Shown piece after piece: positions 1 to 12,676 of a stretch of 64,000 bases of DNA (positions are counted from its first letter, which is position 1; every line of letters begins with the position of its first letter). Origin of the DNA: Acidimicrobiales bacterium (GTDB taxonomy: Bacteria; Actinomycetota; Acidimicrobiia; Acidimicrobiales; Aldehydirespiratoraceae); the NCBI GenBank assembly GCA_049437325.1, contig JBMTIM010000007.1:10818-74817 (forward strand), written 5' to 3'. The notes beneath the pieces were generated by a model, which was given only the letters and a program-made list of their open reading frames with translations, made no database searches and was not told the DNA's origin. The position numbers and the translations under genes were made by a program.

Positions 1-452
1 AGTTCGGCGCCCGGGTACGCGTCGAGCGCTGGACCGGCACCGATGCAGGTCTCCATGCGCTTGAAATACGGCAGGCAGTGCTCGTAGCTCCATGACTCCA
101 TGCCGGGAACGGCGGCCCACTTGTCGTAGTCCATCGGGTTGCCCCGTTGGAAGATCATGCCGTTGATGCTCGAGGAGCCACCGAGCACCTTGCCCCGAGC
201 GTGATACACCCGCCGGCCGCTCATTCCGGGCTCGGGTTCTGATTCATACTTCCAGTCGTAGAACCGGTTGCCGATGGCGAACATCAGCGCCGCCGGCATG
301 TGGATGTAGACATCCCAGCGGTAGTCGGGTCGCCCGGCCTCCAGCACCAACACCTGGGTGTTCGGATCGGCGCTCAGGCGATTGGCGAGTGCACAACCCG
401 CCGAGCCACCGCCCACGATCACATAGTCGTAGACCATCTCCTCGCTGCTCAT
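1..452 (-). CDS. GMC-family FAD oxidoreductase (choline/alcohol dehydrogenase-like), N-terminal part; the gene continues past the window start
   Basis: Hand translation of the minus strand from the ATG at 452 gives [44 protein letters not shown]...[26 protein letters not shown]. It has a GxGxxG FAD fold and GMC-type motifs. It is absent from the ORF track because it runs off the edge. Confidence 0.8.
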   Translation of the reverse strand, partial: MSSEEMVYDYVIVGGGSAGCALANRLSADPNTQVLVLEAGRPDYRWDVYIHMPAALMFAIGNRFYDWKYESEPEPGMSGRRVYHARGKVLGGSSSINGMIFQRGNPMDYDKWAAVPGMESWSYEHCLPYFKRMETCIGAGPALDAYPGAE

Positions 453-678
453 CGCCCGTCCCTCCAGCGATCGCCGCCAGGCTCGACACCGTCCTTCAGG
501 CCACTCACCGTATCCCTTCCCGGACCAATGCCCGAACGCCCGGGCCGCGACCATCACCGACCAGGTCGTCATGGGCAGTGTCGGGCACCACGGTGCGGGC
601 CAGCGCGGCACCCGTCTCCGACGGAGCGGGGCGATCGGACATTCGGAGCAAACCCCAACCCTGCCCTACGCTCACACG

Positions 679-1683
679 ATGAGCCAGATCCTCGACGCCC
701 GGTCACTCGTCCCCACCGTCGACCTGTCGAACCCGTCGACCACCGAACTCGTTGCGGTCGACACAGCCTGTCGTGACCACGGATTCTTCCTGCTCATGGG
801 ACACGGGGCAGATGCCTTGATCGCCGACATGTGGGAAATCACCGCCGCATTCTTCGCCGAGGGTGAAGACGTCAAGGGTCCGATTCGACGCAATGCCGAC
901 AATGCGCTCGGGTACTGGGATCGAGAGTTGACCAAGCGCAAGCGCGACAACAAAGAGGTCTTCGACTACATCGATCCCGACCTCGACGCCCGCATCGCCA
1001 AGAACCGGTGGCCCGGCAGCGCATGGGCGCGCAGCGACGAGTTCACATCCACACTCTCTGCGTTCTTCGACACCTTCTCCGAACTTGCCACCGCCACGCT
1101 CGGCATCGTGCGCAGCGCGCTCGGACTCGACGACGGCGAGAGCGCCGAACAACTCGGTTTCGTCAACGCCCGCACGTCGTCGACCGTTCGGCTCAACCAC
1201 TACCCGGTGGACGATGTCGTGCCTGCGCCAGAGCGCAGCGGGCTGGCCGAACTCGGGCCGACCGCACTCGGCTACCACACCGACCCCGGGGTTCTCACCC
1301 TCCTGCTGCAAGACGGGGTTGGCGGCCTACAAGCCGAATCGACGACTCATGGTTGGATCGACGTGCCGCCCCTCGACGGTGCCATCGTCGTCAACCTCGG
1401 TGACGCCATGCAGGTCTGGACCAACGACCAGTACAAGGCGGCTGTTCACCGAGTCGTCCCCATGACCCAGCAGAGCCGCTATTCGATTCCCTACTTCTCC
1501 AACCCTCCCCGTGATGCTCGACTCGCCCCGCTCGCATCGGTGCTCGACGCCGCCGGCGCCACTCCCGTCTACCGCGACTTCGGGTGGACCGAGTACATCG
1601 CCGGTCGGGCCCAAGACAACTTCGCCGATCATGGTGTGGAAGACATTCAGATCTCGCACTTCAAGGTCGCCGCCGGTGCCTGA
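679..1683 (+). CDS. 2OG-Fe(II) oxygenase (isopenicillin-N-synthase-like family)
   Basis: ORF 571..1683, trimmed to the internal ATG at 679 (MSQILDARS...). It has an HxD motif (HTDPGVLTLLLQD), a distal HRV and a C-terminal RYSIPYF typical of this fold. Confidence 0.8.
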   Translation: MSQILDARSLVPTVDLSNPSTTELVAVDTACRDHGFFLLMGHGADALIADMWEITAAFFAEGEDVKGPIRRNADNALGYWDRELTKRKRDNKEVFDYIDPDLDARIAKNRWPGSAWARSDEFTSTLSAFFDTFSELATATLGIVRSALGLDDGESAEQLGFVNARTSSTVRLNHYPVDDVVPAPERSGLAELGPTALGYHTDPGVLTLLLQDGVGGLQAESTTHGWIDVPPLDGAIVVNLGDAMQVWTNDQYKAAVHRVVPMTQQSRYSIPYFSNPPRDARLAPLASVLDAAGATPVYRDFGWTEYIAGRAQDNFADHGVEDIQISHFKVAAGA

Positions 1684-3196
1684 GGGTCCCGTCGCATCCA
1701 CGACCGCCGGCCGAATCGGTGGGAGATACATCACCCGGGGCCCCGACGGCGTCGAGGACCGAGCCCCCATCGAGGCATTTCTGGGCGTCCCGTTCGCAGC
1801 TGCACCGATCGGCGACCGTCGCTGGCGGCCACCGCAACCACGGGAACCGTGGGACGGCATCGTCGAATGTGTTCGGCCCGCTACGGCGGCGGTGCAGGTC
1901 CTCCGCAAACCGGGCGGTCCCCTCCCTGCGCAGACCTACGCGATCGGTGAGGACTGCCTGAATCTCAACGTCTACACACCGGCCTGCGACGACGCCAAGC
2001 GGCCGGTGTTCTTCTGGGTCCATGGTGGGAGCTACCAGAATGGGCGAGGTGCCTCGAACGATGGCACACAGCTGTGCCGCAACGGCGACATGGTCGTCGT
2101 CACCGTCAACTACCGCATGGGTCTGCTCGGGTTCATCGACCTCGCCTGGCTGGACCGGGATCGAGCCGGATCGCACAACCTCGGCATCCAGGACCAGATC
2201 GCGGCCCTGCGGTGGGTCCGCGACAACATCGAGTCCTTCGGTGGCGATCCCGATCAGGTCACGATCTGCGGCGAGTCGGCGGGAGCCGGTTCGGTGCTTG
2301 CGATCCTTGCATCCCCGTCGGCGGACGGATTGTTCCACCGGGTCATCAGTCAGAGTGCACCAGCAGCGTTCGGACCACCCTTCGAGACCGTCGCACGCAA
2401 CCTCGCCGAGCATGTCGGTGCCACCTCGATCGACGATCTGCTGGCGCTGACAGCCGACGAGATCCTCTCCGCCCAAGACGCGCTCCTTACAGCCGGAACG
2501 CGCGCACTGGAGCAAACCGATCCACCGGCGCTCCCCGACAACGCCGGTCGAGGATTCCGGCCGGCGATCGACGGCATCACCGTCACCCGGGATGCCGCCC
2601 AGGCAGCAGGCGAGCGCGGTGTGCCGATCATGATCGGCACCAACGATGACGAAGGCACCATGTTCGCCCTTCATCTCGACCGGGCCATGACCCTCGACGG
2701 GCTTCGGGCGATGGCGGCGCAGCGAGTCGGTGACCGGGCCGATGAGGTGATCGCCGCCTACCAGCTCGAGTACCCCGATTTCACCCCTCACCAGATCGCC
2801 GTGCAGTGGATGGGTGACCTGCGCTTCTGGACGTGCTCACTCGACGTCGCCGACGCTGCCTCCGCTGCAGGTACACCGGTTCACGTCTATCGATTCGGCT
2901 GGAAGGCGCAGGGTCTCGGAGGCATGTTCGGCGCAATGCATGCCCTCGAAATCCCGTTCGTGTGGCAGACCATGCTCGGCTGGGACGTCGCCTTCGGCAT
3001 CGAGCCTCCCGAAGCATTGAGCGACCACCTCCACCGAGCCTGGATCAACTACGTCCGTACCGGCGATCCTGGCCATGAGGGCATCGGTGCATGGCCCCGC
3101 TACGACGCAGCGACGCGTCCGACGATGCGGTTCGACGAGCACACTCGGGTCGTCGATGATCCCGGCGCAGGCACGCACCGGGTCTGGCGCAACTGA
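1676..3196 (+). CDS. Type-B carboxylesterase/lipase
   Basis: ORF 1511..3196. It contains EDCLNLNVYTP, the GESAGA nucleophile elbow and FLGVPFAAAP. The likely GTG start at 1676 overlaps the upstream stop; the start is uncertain. Confidence 0.85.
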   Translation: MPEGPVASTTAGRIGGRYITRGPDGVEDRAPIEAFLGVPFAAAPIGDRRWRPPQPREPWDGIVECVRPATAAVQVLRKPGGPLPAQTYAIGEDCLNLNVYTPACDDAKRPVFFWVHGGSYQNGRGASNDGTQLCRNGDMVVVTVNYRMGLLGFIDLAWLDRDRAGSHNLGIQDQIAALRWVRDNIESFGGDPDQVTICGESAGAGSVLAILASPSADGLFHRVISQSAPAAFGPPFETVARNLAEHVGATSIDDLLALTADEILSAQDALLTAGTRALEQTDPPALPDNAGRGFRPAIDGITVTRDAAQAAGERGVPIMIGTNDDEGTMFALHLDRAMTLDGLRAMAAQRVGDRADEVIAAYQLEYPDFTPHQIAVQWMGDLRFWTCSLDVADAASAAGTPVHVYRFGWKAQGLGGMFGAMHALEIPFVWQTMLGWDVAFGIEPPEALSDHLHRAWINYVRTGDPGHEGIGAWPRYDAATRPTMRFDEHTRVVDDPGAGTHRVWRN

Positions 3197-3216
3197 CGCG
3201 TGGCCAGCATCCCTCG

Positions 3217-4128
3217 TCAGCAGGCCCGGTCTGCCCGACCCGATCGCTGGGATTCCGAGGCTGGAAGGGTTGCGATCAGCATCTCGGTCGGGGTCCTGGC
3301 ACCGAGGGCGAACTCCTCGCCGGCCGGGACCACCACTGCTTCACCCGGCCCCACGGTGGTGAGGCCCGACGGTCCGATGTAGTCGAGTTCGCCGGAACGC
3401 ACGAAACCGAAGAACAACTCGAAGTCGTGGGTTCGCAATGGCGGCGCTGCGCCGGCCGTTCGAGCGAGTCTGACGGCGGCCACGCCGCCGGTGGCATCCT
3501 CCACACCGAAATGCTGCAGCTCCCAGCCAGGGTCGGGCGAGTCGGTCCATCGGTCGTCGGCGTATTCGTGTCGAACGAAGCGTTGGCCCTGCCATCCGCG
3601 ATCAGGGTCGCCGACCCCATTGGGAAGTTCGAGCTCGTGGTCGCGATGCGTGTCGTGTTCGGCAGGCGCCCCGATCTCGACCACCTCCAGCCCATCACCG
3701 GACTCGAGGACTCGGTGCCGGATGCCGGGTGGCTGGATCACACAATCCCCCGGCGCCATCACGAACGGGTCGCCCTGATCTTCGTAGACGACCTTCACCC
3801 AGCCGGCGTGGCAGAAGATCATCTGGAACCGGATGTCGTGGTGATGGACATAGTCGGGAACGGGCCCACCCTCGGGAATCGAGATGTGCGACGCGATGAC
3901 CGCCCCGCCGAGACGGCTCGGGATCAGATCGCGGTACACCATCCCGGCTCGACCCGTGGTGGGCGGCGCATCGGCAGCCCGCTCCAGCCGGATCGCCTCG
4001 GGGCCGTCCATGTCGGCCCGGCGGGGATCGTCGGCCGGTGAGATCGTGGTGAGACGAAAGCCGACCGCTTCATGCTCGTCGATCGCCGCAAGCAGGTCTG
4101 GCACCGAGATCACACGTCGACCGGTCAT
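3217..4128 (-). CDS. Cupin-domain protein (two cupin-like halves)
   Basis: 303-aa ORF with HHHDIRFQMIFCHAGW and GDCVIQPPGIRHRV cupin-like motifs. The specific function is unknown. Confidence 0.55.
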   Translation of the reverse strand: MTGRRVISVPDLLAAIDEHEAVGFRLTTISPADDPRRADMDGPEAIRLERAADAPPTTGRAGMVYRDLIPSRLGGAVIASHISIPEGGPVPDYVHHHDIRFQMIFCHAGWVKVVYEDQGDPFVMAPGDCVIQPPGIRHRVLESGDGLEVVEIGAPAEHDTHRDHELELPNGVGDPDRGWQGQRFVRHEYADDRWTDSPDPGWELQHFGVEDATGGVAAVRLARTAGAAPPLRTHDFELFFGFVRSGELDYIGPSGLTTVGPGEAVVVPAGEEFALGARTPTEMLIATLPASESQRSGRADRAC

Positions 4129-4131
4129 CGC

Positions 4132-5811
4132 TCAGCTCTGCTGCTGTCGCTTCTGGATGTTGGCCCACTCGTCACGCAGTCCAACCGTTCGGTGGAACAG
4201 ATCGCCACCGTCGAGGTCTCGGGCGAAGTAACCGAGCCGTTCGAACTGGACGACGTCTCCCGGCGCGATGTCGACGATGGCCGGTTCGGCCTTCGCCCCC
4301 CTCATCTCGCGCGAGTCGGGATTGAGCGATGCGAGCGGGTCGGTGCCGTCAGAGCCGGGATGGGGGTCGGTGAACAGTCGTCCGTACAGCGCAACGTCGA
4401 GATCAACGGCGTGATCGGCCGAGACCCAGTGGATGGTGGCTTTGACCTTTCGGCCGTCAGGAGCTTGACCCCCTGCTGTCTCGGGGTCATAGGTGCACAG
4501 CACTCGGATCACCTCGCCGTCGGGACCGGTTTCGACGTCGTTGCAGGTGATGAAATAGCCGGCCCGCAGTCGCACTTCTCGTCCTGGCGCAAGGCGGAAG
4601 AACTTGTTCGGCGGGTCGAGCATGAAATCGTCTCGCTCGATGAAAAGTCGTCCCGAGAACGGCACCGCTCGGGTCCCGGCGGCTTCGTCTTCCGGATTGT
4701 TGATCGCCTCTCGGGTGTCATCGAGCCCTTCGGGCCAATTGGTGATGACGACCTCGATCGGGTCGAGCACCACCATTCGGCGAAGCGCATGGGTGTTGTG
4801 ATGTGTTCGAACGAACGACTCGAGCAATTCGATCTCGTGCACACCATTGACCTTTGCCACACCGATGTGGCCTGCGAACGCTCGGATCGCCTCGGGCGGG
4901 TAGCCGCGACGACGCAGCCCCTGCAACGTGGGCATCCGAGGGTCGTCCCACCCGTCGACATGGCCCTCGTGCACGAGTTGCAGCAGTTTCCGTTTGCTCA
5001 GCACGGTGTGGGTGAGGTTGAGCCGGGCGAACTCGGTCTGGCGGGGCCGGTCGGGGCCCTGACCGAGTTGCTCGAGGTACCAGTCGTACAGCGGGCGATG
5101 GCTGTCGAACTCGAGGGTGCAGATCGAGTGGGTGACGCCCTCGATTGCATCGGACTGGCCGTGGGCCCAATCGTAGGTGGGATACACCTTCCAGCGATCA
5201 CCGGTGCGGAAGTGATGCTGATCACGAATGCGGTACATCACGGGGTCACGCATCTGCATGTTCTCGTGACGCATGTCGATCTTGGCTCGCAGCACCCTCG
5301 AGCCCTCGGCGAACTCACCTGCGGTCATGCGGGCGAACAGATCGAGATTCTCCTCGACACTGCGCTGACGCCATGGTGACTCGACGCCCGGAGTGGTGAA
5401 GCCACCTCGGTTCTGGGAGATCGTTTCGGCGTCCTGATCATCCACATAGGCGAGCCCGGCCTCGATCAACTGCACCGCCCAGGCATGGAGCTGCTCGAAG
5501 TAGTCGGAGGCGTAGCGCACCTCTTCGGGCTCGAAGCCGAGCCAGCGGACATCGGCCTGGATGGCGTCGACGAAATGCTCATCCTCGGTTTCGGGGTTGG
5601 TGTCGTCGAAGCGGAGCATCGTGGTGCCCCCGAACTCGTCGGCCGCACCGAAGTTCAGACAGATCGACTTTGCGTGACCGATGTGGAGATAGCCATTCGG
5701 CTCCGGCGGGAAGCGCGTCTGCACCCGGCCTCCGTATGGGCCATCGATGCTGTCCTGCTTGAGCAGCTCTCGGACGAAGTCGGTCCCGGAGTTGCTGGTC
5801 GGCGCGTTCAC
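4132..5811 (-). CDS. glnS: Glutamine--tRNA ligase
   Basis: 559 aa. N-terminus FPPEPNGYLHIGHAKSICLNFG (HIGH motif), VLSKRKL (KMSKS-like) and a GlnRS-type C-terminal anticodon-binding region. Confidence 0.9.
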   Translation of the reverse strand: MNAPTSNSGTDFVRELLKQDSIDGPYGGRVQTRFPPEPNGYLHIGHAKSICLNFGAADEFGGTTMLRFDDTNPETEDEHFVDAIQADVRWLGFEPEEVRYASDYFEQLHAWAVQLIEAGLAYVDDQDAETISQNRGGFTTPGVESPWRQRSVEENLDLFARMTAGEFAEGSRVLRAKIDMRHENMQMRDPVMYRIRDQHHFRTGDRWKVYPTYDWAHGQSDAIEGVTHSICTLEFDSHRPLYDWYLEQLGQGPDRPRQTEFARLNLTHTVLSKRKLLQLVHEGHVDGWDDPRMPTLQGLRRRGYPPEAIRAFAGHIGVAKVNGVHEIELLESFVRTHHNTHALRRMVVLDPIEVVITNWPEGLDDTREAINNPEDEAAGTRAVPFSGRLFIERDDFMLDPPNKFFRLAPGREVRLRAGYFITCNDVETGPDGEVIRVLCTYDPETAGGQAPDGRKVKATIHWVSADHAVDLDVALYGRLFTDPHPGSDGTDPLASLNPDSREMRGAKAEPAIVDIAPGDVVQFERLGYFARDLDGGDLFHRTVGLRDEWANIQKRQQQS

Positions 5812-5873
5812 CCCGCCATGTTACGGTCGGCGCCACTGGGTGCAGCGGGAGGTTGGCTGCCAGACTGCGAGCC

Positions 5874-7043
5874 ATGACATCGCAGCTTCCGCTCGACGGC
5901 ATTCGCGTCATCGACTTCTCGCGTGTGCTCGCCGGGCCGCTCATCGGGCAACTCCTGGCCGATCTCGGCGCCGACGTGATCAAGGTGGAACGGCCCGACG
6001 GCGGGGACGACACTCGAGCGTGGGGTCCGCCCTGGAAGAACTACGCCACCGACGGGGAACCCGAGGACCTCGAGGCGACCTACTTCATGTCGCTCAACCG
6101 CAACAAGCGGTCGATCACGCTCGATCTCAAGAACGACGACGACATCGCCTTCGCTCGCCGACTCGCCCTCACCGGTGATGTCGTGCTCGACAACTTCCGG
6201 CCAGGTTTCATGGCGAAGATCGGGCTCGACCGGCAATCCCTTGCTGCCGACAAGCCGTCGATCATCACCGCGTCGGTCACCGCGTTCGGGTCCACGAGCA
6301 AGGCAGCCCACCTCCCCGGTCTCGACCTCGCCGTGCAAGCCATGTCCGGCATCATGCATCTGACCGGCGAGGTCGGTGAACGGCCCCTACGGGCCGGTGT
6401 GCCCGTCGTCGACATGCTGACCGGTTACAACGCGACCGTCGGCGTGCTGGCGGCGCTCCACGGCGTGAACCAGACCGGCACGGGCCGACATGTCGAAGTG
6501 TCGCTGATGGACGCAGGTCTGGCCGGCCTGCTCAACCATCAGACCGGGGTTCTGATGGGAGGTCAGGATCCGGGACGGGGCGGCAACAAGCACCACTCCA
6601 TTGCGCCGTACGAGAGCTACCGCTGTGCCGACGGAGACATGATCGTGGCCGCCGCCAACGACAAGCTCTACGCCAACCTCTGTCGAGAAATCGGCCGACC
6701 CGACCTGATCGACGATCCCCGGTTCGTCACCAACACCCTCCGGCGACGCAATGTGGAAGAACTCAACGCGATCCTCGAACCGATCTTCCTCACCGACACT
6801 CGATCGAGCTGGGTCGACCGCCTCCAGGCCGCGCAGGTCGCCTGCGGACCGGTCAACTCGCTTCCCGAAGCACTCGCCTGGGCCGAGGAGATGGGGATGG
6901 ATCCTCGTATCGACGGCCCCGACGACTACCGGGCGGTTCGCAATCCGATCCGACTCGACGGCGAGGTGATCAACACGGCCCGGCTCCGACCTCCCCGCCC
7001 CGGCGAACATTCCACCGAGGTCCGAAGCGACGTCGACCGATGA
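5874..7043 (+). CDS. Family III CoA-transferase (CaiB/BaiF type)
   Basis: ORF 5853..7043. The N-terminus IRVIDFSRVLAGPLIGQLLADLGADVIKVERP is characteristic. The ATG at 5874 is preferred. Confidence 0.85.
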   Translation: MTSQLPLDGIRVIDFSRVLAGPLIGQLLADLGADVIKVERPDGGDDTRAWGPPWKNYATDGEPEDLEATYFMSLNRNKRSITLDLKNDDDIAFARRLALTGDVVLDNFRPGFMAKIGLDRQSLAADKPSIITASVTAFGSTSKAAHLPGLDLAVQAMSGIMHLTGEVGERPLRAGVPVVDMLTGYNATVGVLAALHGVNQTGTGRHVEVSLMDAGLAGLLNHQTGVLMGGQDPGRGGNKHHSIAPYESYRCADGDMIVAAANDKLYANLCREIGRPDLIDDPRFVTNTLRRRNVEELNAILEPIFLTDTRSSWVDRLQAAQVACGPVNSLPEALAWAEEMGMDPRIDGPDDYRAVRNPIRLDGEVINTARLRPPRPGEHSTEVRSDVDR

Positions 7044-7432
7044 ACCATCGGCGGCTCGGCCTCGTCACGATCATCGTGCCGTCCTACGACGACGGCATCG
7101 AGCACTTCGTGGACGACCTCGGGTTCGAACTCGTCGACGACACCCCGCAGGACGGCAAGCGCTGGGTCATCGTTCGGCCCTCACCGGCATCGGAGACCGG
7201 CATTGTGCTGGCTGAGCCGACCACACCCGCACAGCACGCCGCACTCGGCAATCAACTCGGTGGTCGTGTCGGGTTCGTTCTCCACACCGACGACTTTGCG
7301 CGCGATCACGCCCGAATGCGAGCAGCCGGCGTGCACTTTCACGAAGAGCCACGTCACGAGCCGTACGGCATCGTCGCCGTGTTCGAGGACCGGTATGGCA
7401 ACGCCTGGGATCTGCTGCAGCCTGGCGACTAG
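7040..7432 (+). CDS. VOC/glyoxalase-family protein
   Basis: 130 aa with a small beta-alpha-beta-beta-beta type sequence. ATGA start/stop overlap with the upstream gene. Confidence 0.65.
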   Translation: MNHRRLGLVTIIVPSYDDGIEHFVDDLGFELVDDTPQDGKRWVIVRPSPASETGIVLAEPTTPAQHAALGNQLGGRVGFVLHTDDFARDHARMRAAGVHFHEEPRHEPYGIVAVFEDRYGNAWDLLQPGD

Positions 7433-8427
7433 CGCTGCTCGATCGCCACGATGGTGCCGGCTCCATGGTCGGTCGCCAACAGTCGCACACCGTCGACCAC
7501 AAGATGCTGAGGCCGATCGAGCTCGGCGGTGACCACGACCGGCGTGACCGGCGCGACCGCATCGATGTCGACCTCGACGATCGTTGCGTCGACCCAGAGC
7601 GCGACGAACAATCGAGATGGGTCCCACGGCGAGACCGCTAGGCCCGTCGGTGTGGCACCCGGCCCGAACAGTGCTTGCGACCGGGGCACACCGGCACACG
7701 GATCGGTGACACCCGCGGCCTCGACCGCTCGATTGTCACCCACACAGACGGGCCACCCATGATCGGTACCCTCCCGCACCGCGACCAACTCGTCGCTCGC
7801 CGGCGCACCGTCGAAGGTGCCATCGGAGATCTCGGTCGTCCACAGCCTGCCGTCGGCCCCGATCACATGGGCGTATGCATGCTTGAAACCCCACGCCACG
7901 TTGGTGACGACACCCTCGGCGTCGACAGCCCACAGGGCACCCGAGATCTCGTCGGGTGAACCACCGGGACCAGGGGGCAGCCGCTTCGTACCCGACGTGT
8001 CGAACAGGAGCCGATCGCCGTCCACCGTGAGGGTTCCCTGGGAACGCCCGTTGGATGCCATGTCGGCAACGACCACCGTGCGATTGGAGCCGTCGAGAGA
8101 ACTTCGGGTGAGGCGTCGTTCCTCCATCACCCAGAGCGCACCGGCGAACACCGCCACGCCGGTGGGCTTCTCGAGCCCGTCGAGAACCACCACGGGGACA
8201 GCATCGAGATCGTCGGGGTCGAAGCGGAGGACCTGGCCGGAGTCGTCGTTCTCAGCACCGTTCAGTTGGGCGACGTACCACGCATCGTCGGTGACCGCGA
8301 GTTGTGTCGGACCGTCGAGTCCACCGACCACCACGGTGATCGCATAGGCACCGGCTGAATCGTCAGGTCCGCAGCCCACAGCGAGCAGCATCAGCGCTGC
8401 GATCACGCCGGTGAGGCGCTGCTTCAT
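7429..8427 (-). CDS. Secreted/lipoprotein beta-propeller, PQQ-dependent sugar (sorbosone/glucose) dehydrogenase-like
   Basis: ORF 7429..8670, trimmed to the ATG at 8427. This gives MKQRLTGVIAALMLLAVGCGPDD (signal peptide plus lipobox Cys). A GTDHGWPVCVGDN motif is present. Confidence 0.6.
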   Translation of the reverse strand: MKQRLTGVIAALMLLAVGCGPDDSAGAYAITVVVGGLDGPTQLAVTDDAWYVAQLNGAENDDSGQVLRFDPDDLDAVPVVVLDGLEKPTGVAVFAGALWVMEERRLTRSSLDGSNRTVVVADMASNGRSQGTLTVDGDRLLFDTSGTKRLPPGPGGSPDEISGALWAVDAEGVVTNVAWGFKHAYAHVIGADGRLWTTEISDGTFDGAPASDELVAVREGTDHGWPVCVGDNRAVEAAGVTDPCAGVPRSQALFGPGATPTGLAVSPWDPSRLFVALWVDATIVEVDIDAVAPVTPVVVTAELDRPQHLVVDGVRLLATDHGAGTIVAIEQR

Positions 8428-8440
8428 CGAACGAACATCT

Positions 8441-9412
8441 TCATCGAACGAACACTGCGTCGGCAGCGGCTCGCCCCGACAGGAACGCGCCTTCCACCTT
8501 CGGACCGGCGAACGCTTCACCGGCCAGCGCGACCACCGGATGGTTCCCCCACACGACCGTCGCATCGGGATGAACGTCGACGGGGCCGGCGTAGCGCCAA
8601 CGCTGAATCTGGTGACCGACCAGCGCGTCGCGGTCACCAGCTTCACCGAGCGCATCGGCCGCCCACGCAAGGGCGCCGGTCAAGACGTCGTCGTCGGTGG
8701 TATTCCACAGCTCGCTGCTGCGTTCGTTCGAGAGATGGATCGTGACCGCAGGAACCGGCGAGATTCCCTTCGCTCGGTTGTCGGCAACGAAGGCGAGATC
8801 CGGGTGGTCGACGTACTGCGCCCCTCCGTGCGCAGCCAGTCCGGTCGGGTCGATCTGCGGAGCGAGCAGGACGGCGATCGTCGGTTTGTAGTGGATCTCT
8901 GCCAGCTGTTGCGCGACCGTCGGCTCGGGGAGCATCGCACCCAGGGCCAGCGTGGCGAGAGCCTGCGGCACAGGTGCGGTGTGAATGACTGCGTCGGCGG
9001 GATGATCGGCCAACTCGGCACGCAGGTCCATGATTCGGTGACCGAGCAGCGGTTCGAGTCCCGCATCGGCCGCAAGCCACTTGCACAGCGAGGTCATGCC
9101 GGCGCTGCCACGCCACCGGGGGTGTCCATCAGGATCGGGGCCGAAGCCGCGGGTCCATTCCACGACGGCTCCGGCATCGACAGCTGCGGCGACGACGCTG
9201 CTGAACGTCTCACTCCGGCTTGTGAAGAACTGCGCCCCGTGATCGAATCGCGCCACCCCGGCCGGGGTCTCGATTCGACGAGACGCCATCCGTCCACCGA
9301 CTCCACGAGCCTTGTCGACGATTCGCAGATCGTCCGGCTCGAGGCCGAGCTCGAGGAGACGACGAGCTGCGGCCAAGCCTGCGATCCCAGCACCGACAAT
9401 CAGTGTCCGCAT
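8441..9412 (-). CDS. NAD(P)/FAD-dependent oxidoreductase (amine-oxidase/renalase-like)
   Basis: The N-terminus MRTLIVGAGIAGLAAARRL is a dinucleotide-binding fold. 323 aa. Confidence 0.7.
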   Translation of the reverse strand: MRTLIVGAGIAGLAAARRLLELGLEPDDLRIVDKARGVGGRMASRRIETPAGVARFDHGAQFFTSRSETFSSVVAAAVDAGAVVEWTRGFGPDPDGHPRWRGSAGMTSLCKWLAADAGLEPLLGHRIMDLRAELADHPADAVIHTAPVPQALATLALGAMLPEPTVAQQLAEIHYKPTIAVLLAPQIDPTGLAAHGGAQYVDHPDLAFVADNRAKGISPVPAVTIHLSNERSSELWNTTDDDVLTGALAWAADALGEAGDRDALVGHQIQRWRYAGPVDVHPDATVVWGNHPVVALAGEAFAGPKVEGAFLSGRAAADAVFVR

Positions 9413-9416
9413 CGGA

Positions 9417-10277
9417 TCAGTCCACCAGCGCGTCGGCGCGAACCGGGGCCGAGGCTGCCGCCAAATGCGTATCGGTGACCTTGCCGTACAGACTCCGGGT
9501 CCGCTGCACCGATCCGACCGACCCGGGCGACTCGCTGAACGACATGATCAACAGCAGGCGCGTACTGGCCCCCTCGTTGGGGGTGACCCGATGTAACGAA
9601 AACCGGCCGAGGAAGAACTGCAGATCGCCGGGGCGAAGGTCGAGGGTGCGCACGTCGCGTCGATCGCCATCGAGAACCGCACCCACGCCGGCTTCGTTCT
9701 CATCCGTGGGATGACGGAGATCCGGCACGTATTCGAACAGCCCGCCCTGGTCGGCCGACTGCAAGAGCATCGTGATCGTGAACTCGTTGGTGTCGAAGTG
9801 CCAGTTGAATTCTTGGCCCGTCCGCTGGACGTTGACGATCATGTTCGAGACCGGATCGTCGTACACGTACAGGTCGTCCTTGCCGAGACAATCCCGCAGA
9901 AAGTCCTTGAGAGGAGACCAGTCGTACAGGCGCTTGGCGTGGGTCGAGTCGTCCCACTCGTCGGCTCGGACGAACCCGTTGGTTCGGGCAAAGAACCGAT
10001 TGCGGGGGTGATCGTCCGGAAGCGACGGGTCGGCGTCGCCCAGGTGGACGTTGGCTTTGTTGGCCGGGTTGTAGAACGCTCGCGGTTCACGCTCGCGCGC
10101 CTCGGCGAGCAGTTCACGACGTCCTGTGGTGCTGAGAAAGCCCGGGAGTACGGCACACCCATCGTCGGCCAAGCCAGCCCGAACCGATGCCACAAGATCA
10201 TCGCGGCGCTGGCCCATCGTCGCGATGGGATACCGACCCGTGTCGATCAGAGCCGATGGTCGACGCATCGTTCCCAT
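9417..10277 (-). CDS. Fe(II)/2-oxoglutarate-dependent oxygenase-like protein
   Basis: ORF 9417..10364. It has an HFDTNE (HxD) motif and a distal LHRV. The start is uncertain (candidate ATGs at 10364, 10277, 10268 and 10217). Confidence 0.55.
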   Translation of the reverse strand: MGTMRRPSALIDTGRYPIATMGQRRDDLVASVRAGLADDGCAVLPGFLSTTGRRELLAEAREREPRAFYNPANKANVHLGDADPSLPDDHPRNRFFARTNGFVRADEWDDSTHAKRLYDWSPLKDFLRDCLGKDDLYVYDDPVSNMIVNVQRTGQEFNWHFDTNEFTITMLLQSADQGGLFEYVPDLRHPTDENEAGVGAVLDGDRRDVRTLDLRPGDLQFFLGRFSLHRVTPNEGASTRLLLIMSFSESPGSVGSVQRTRSLYGKVTDTHLAAASAPVRADALVD

Positions 10278-10372
10278 ACGCGCCGAAGCGTAGGCGACGG
10301 TCGGAGCGCTTCGAAAAAACCAGCCAATTGGATGGGTTCCCGATCTGGACCATGTCCAGATCATCTGGATAG

Positions 10373-12562
<2,190 letters not shown>

Positions 12563-12590
12563 GATCGAGGCTCCTGTTCGAGACGGTGTG

Positions 12591-12627
12591 ATGCGCCGTC
12601 CCTGCCGCCATGGTGGGGACGGCGCAT
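12591..12627. terminator. Bidirectional stem-loop between convergent katG and the amidohydrolase gene
   Basis: Perfect 12-bp inverted repeat ATGCGCCGTCCC (12591-12602) / GGGACGGCGCAT (12616-12627). There is no clear U-tract. Confidence 0.45.
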
Positions 12628-12676
12628 TGCCGTTCAGGGGCGCTGGGGCCCGAGACCGCAGCCGCTCCCGGCTTCC

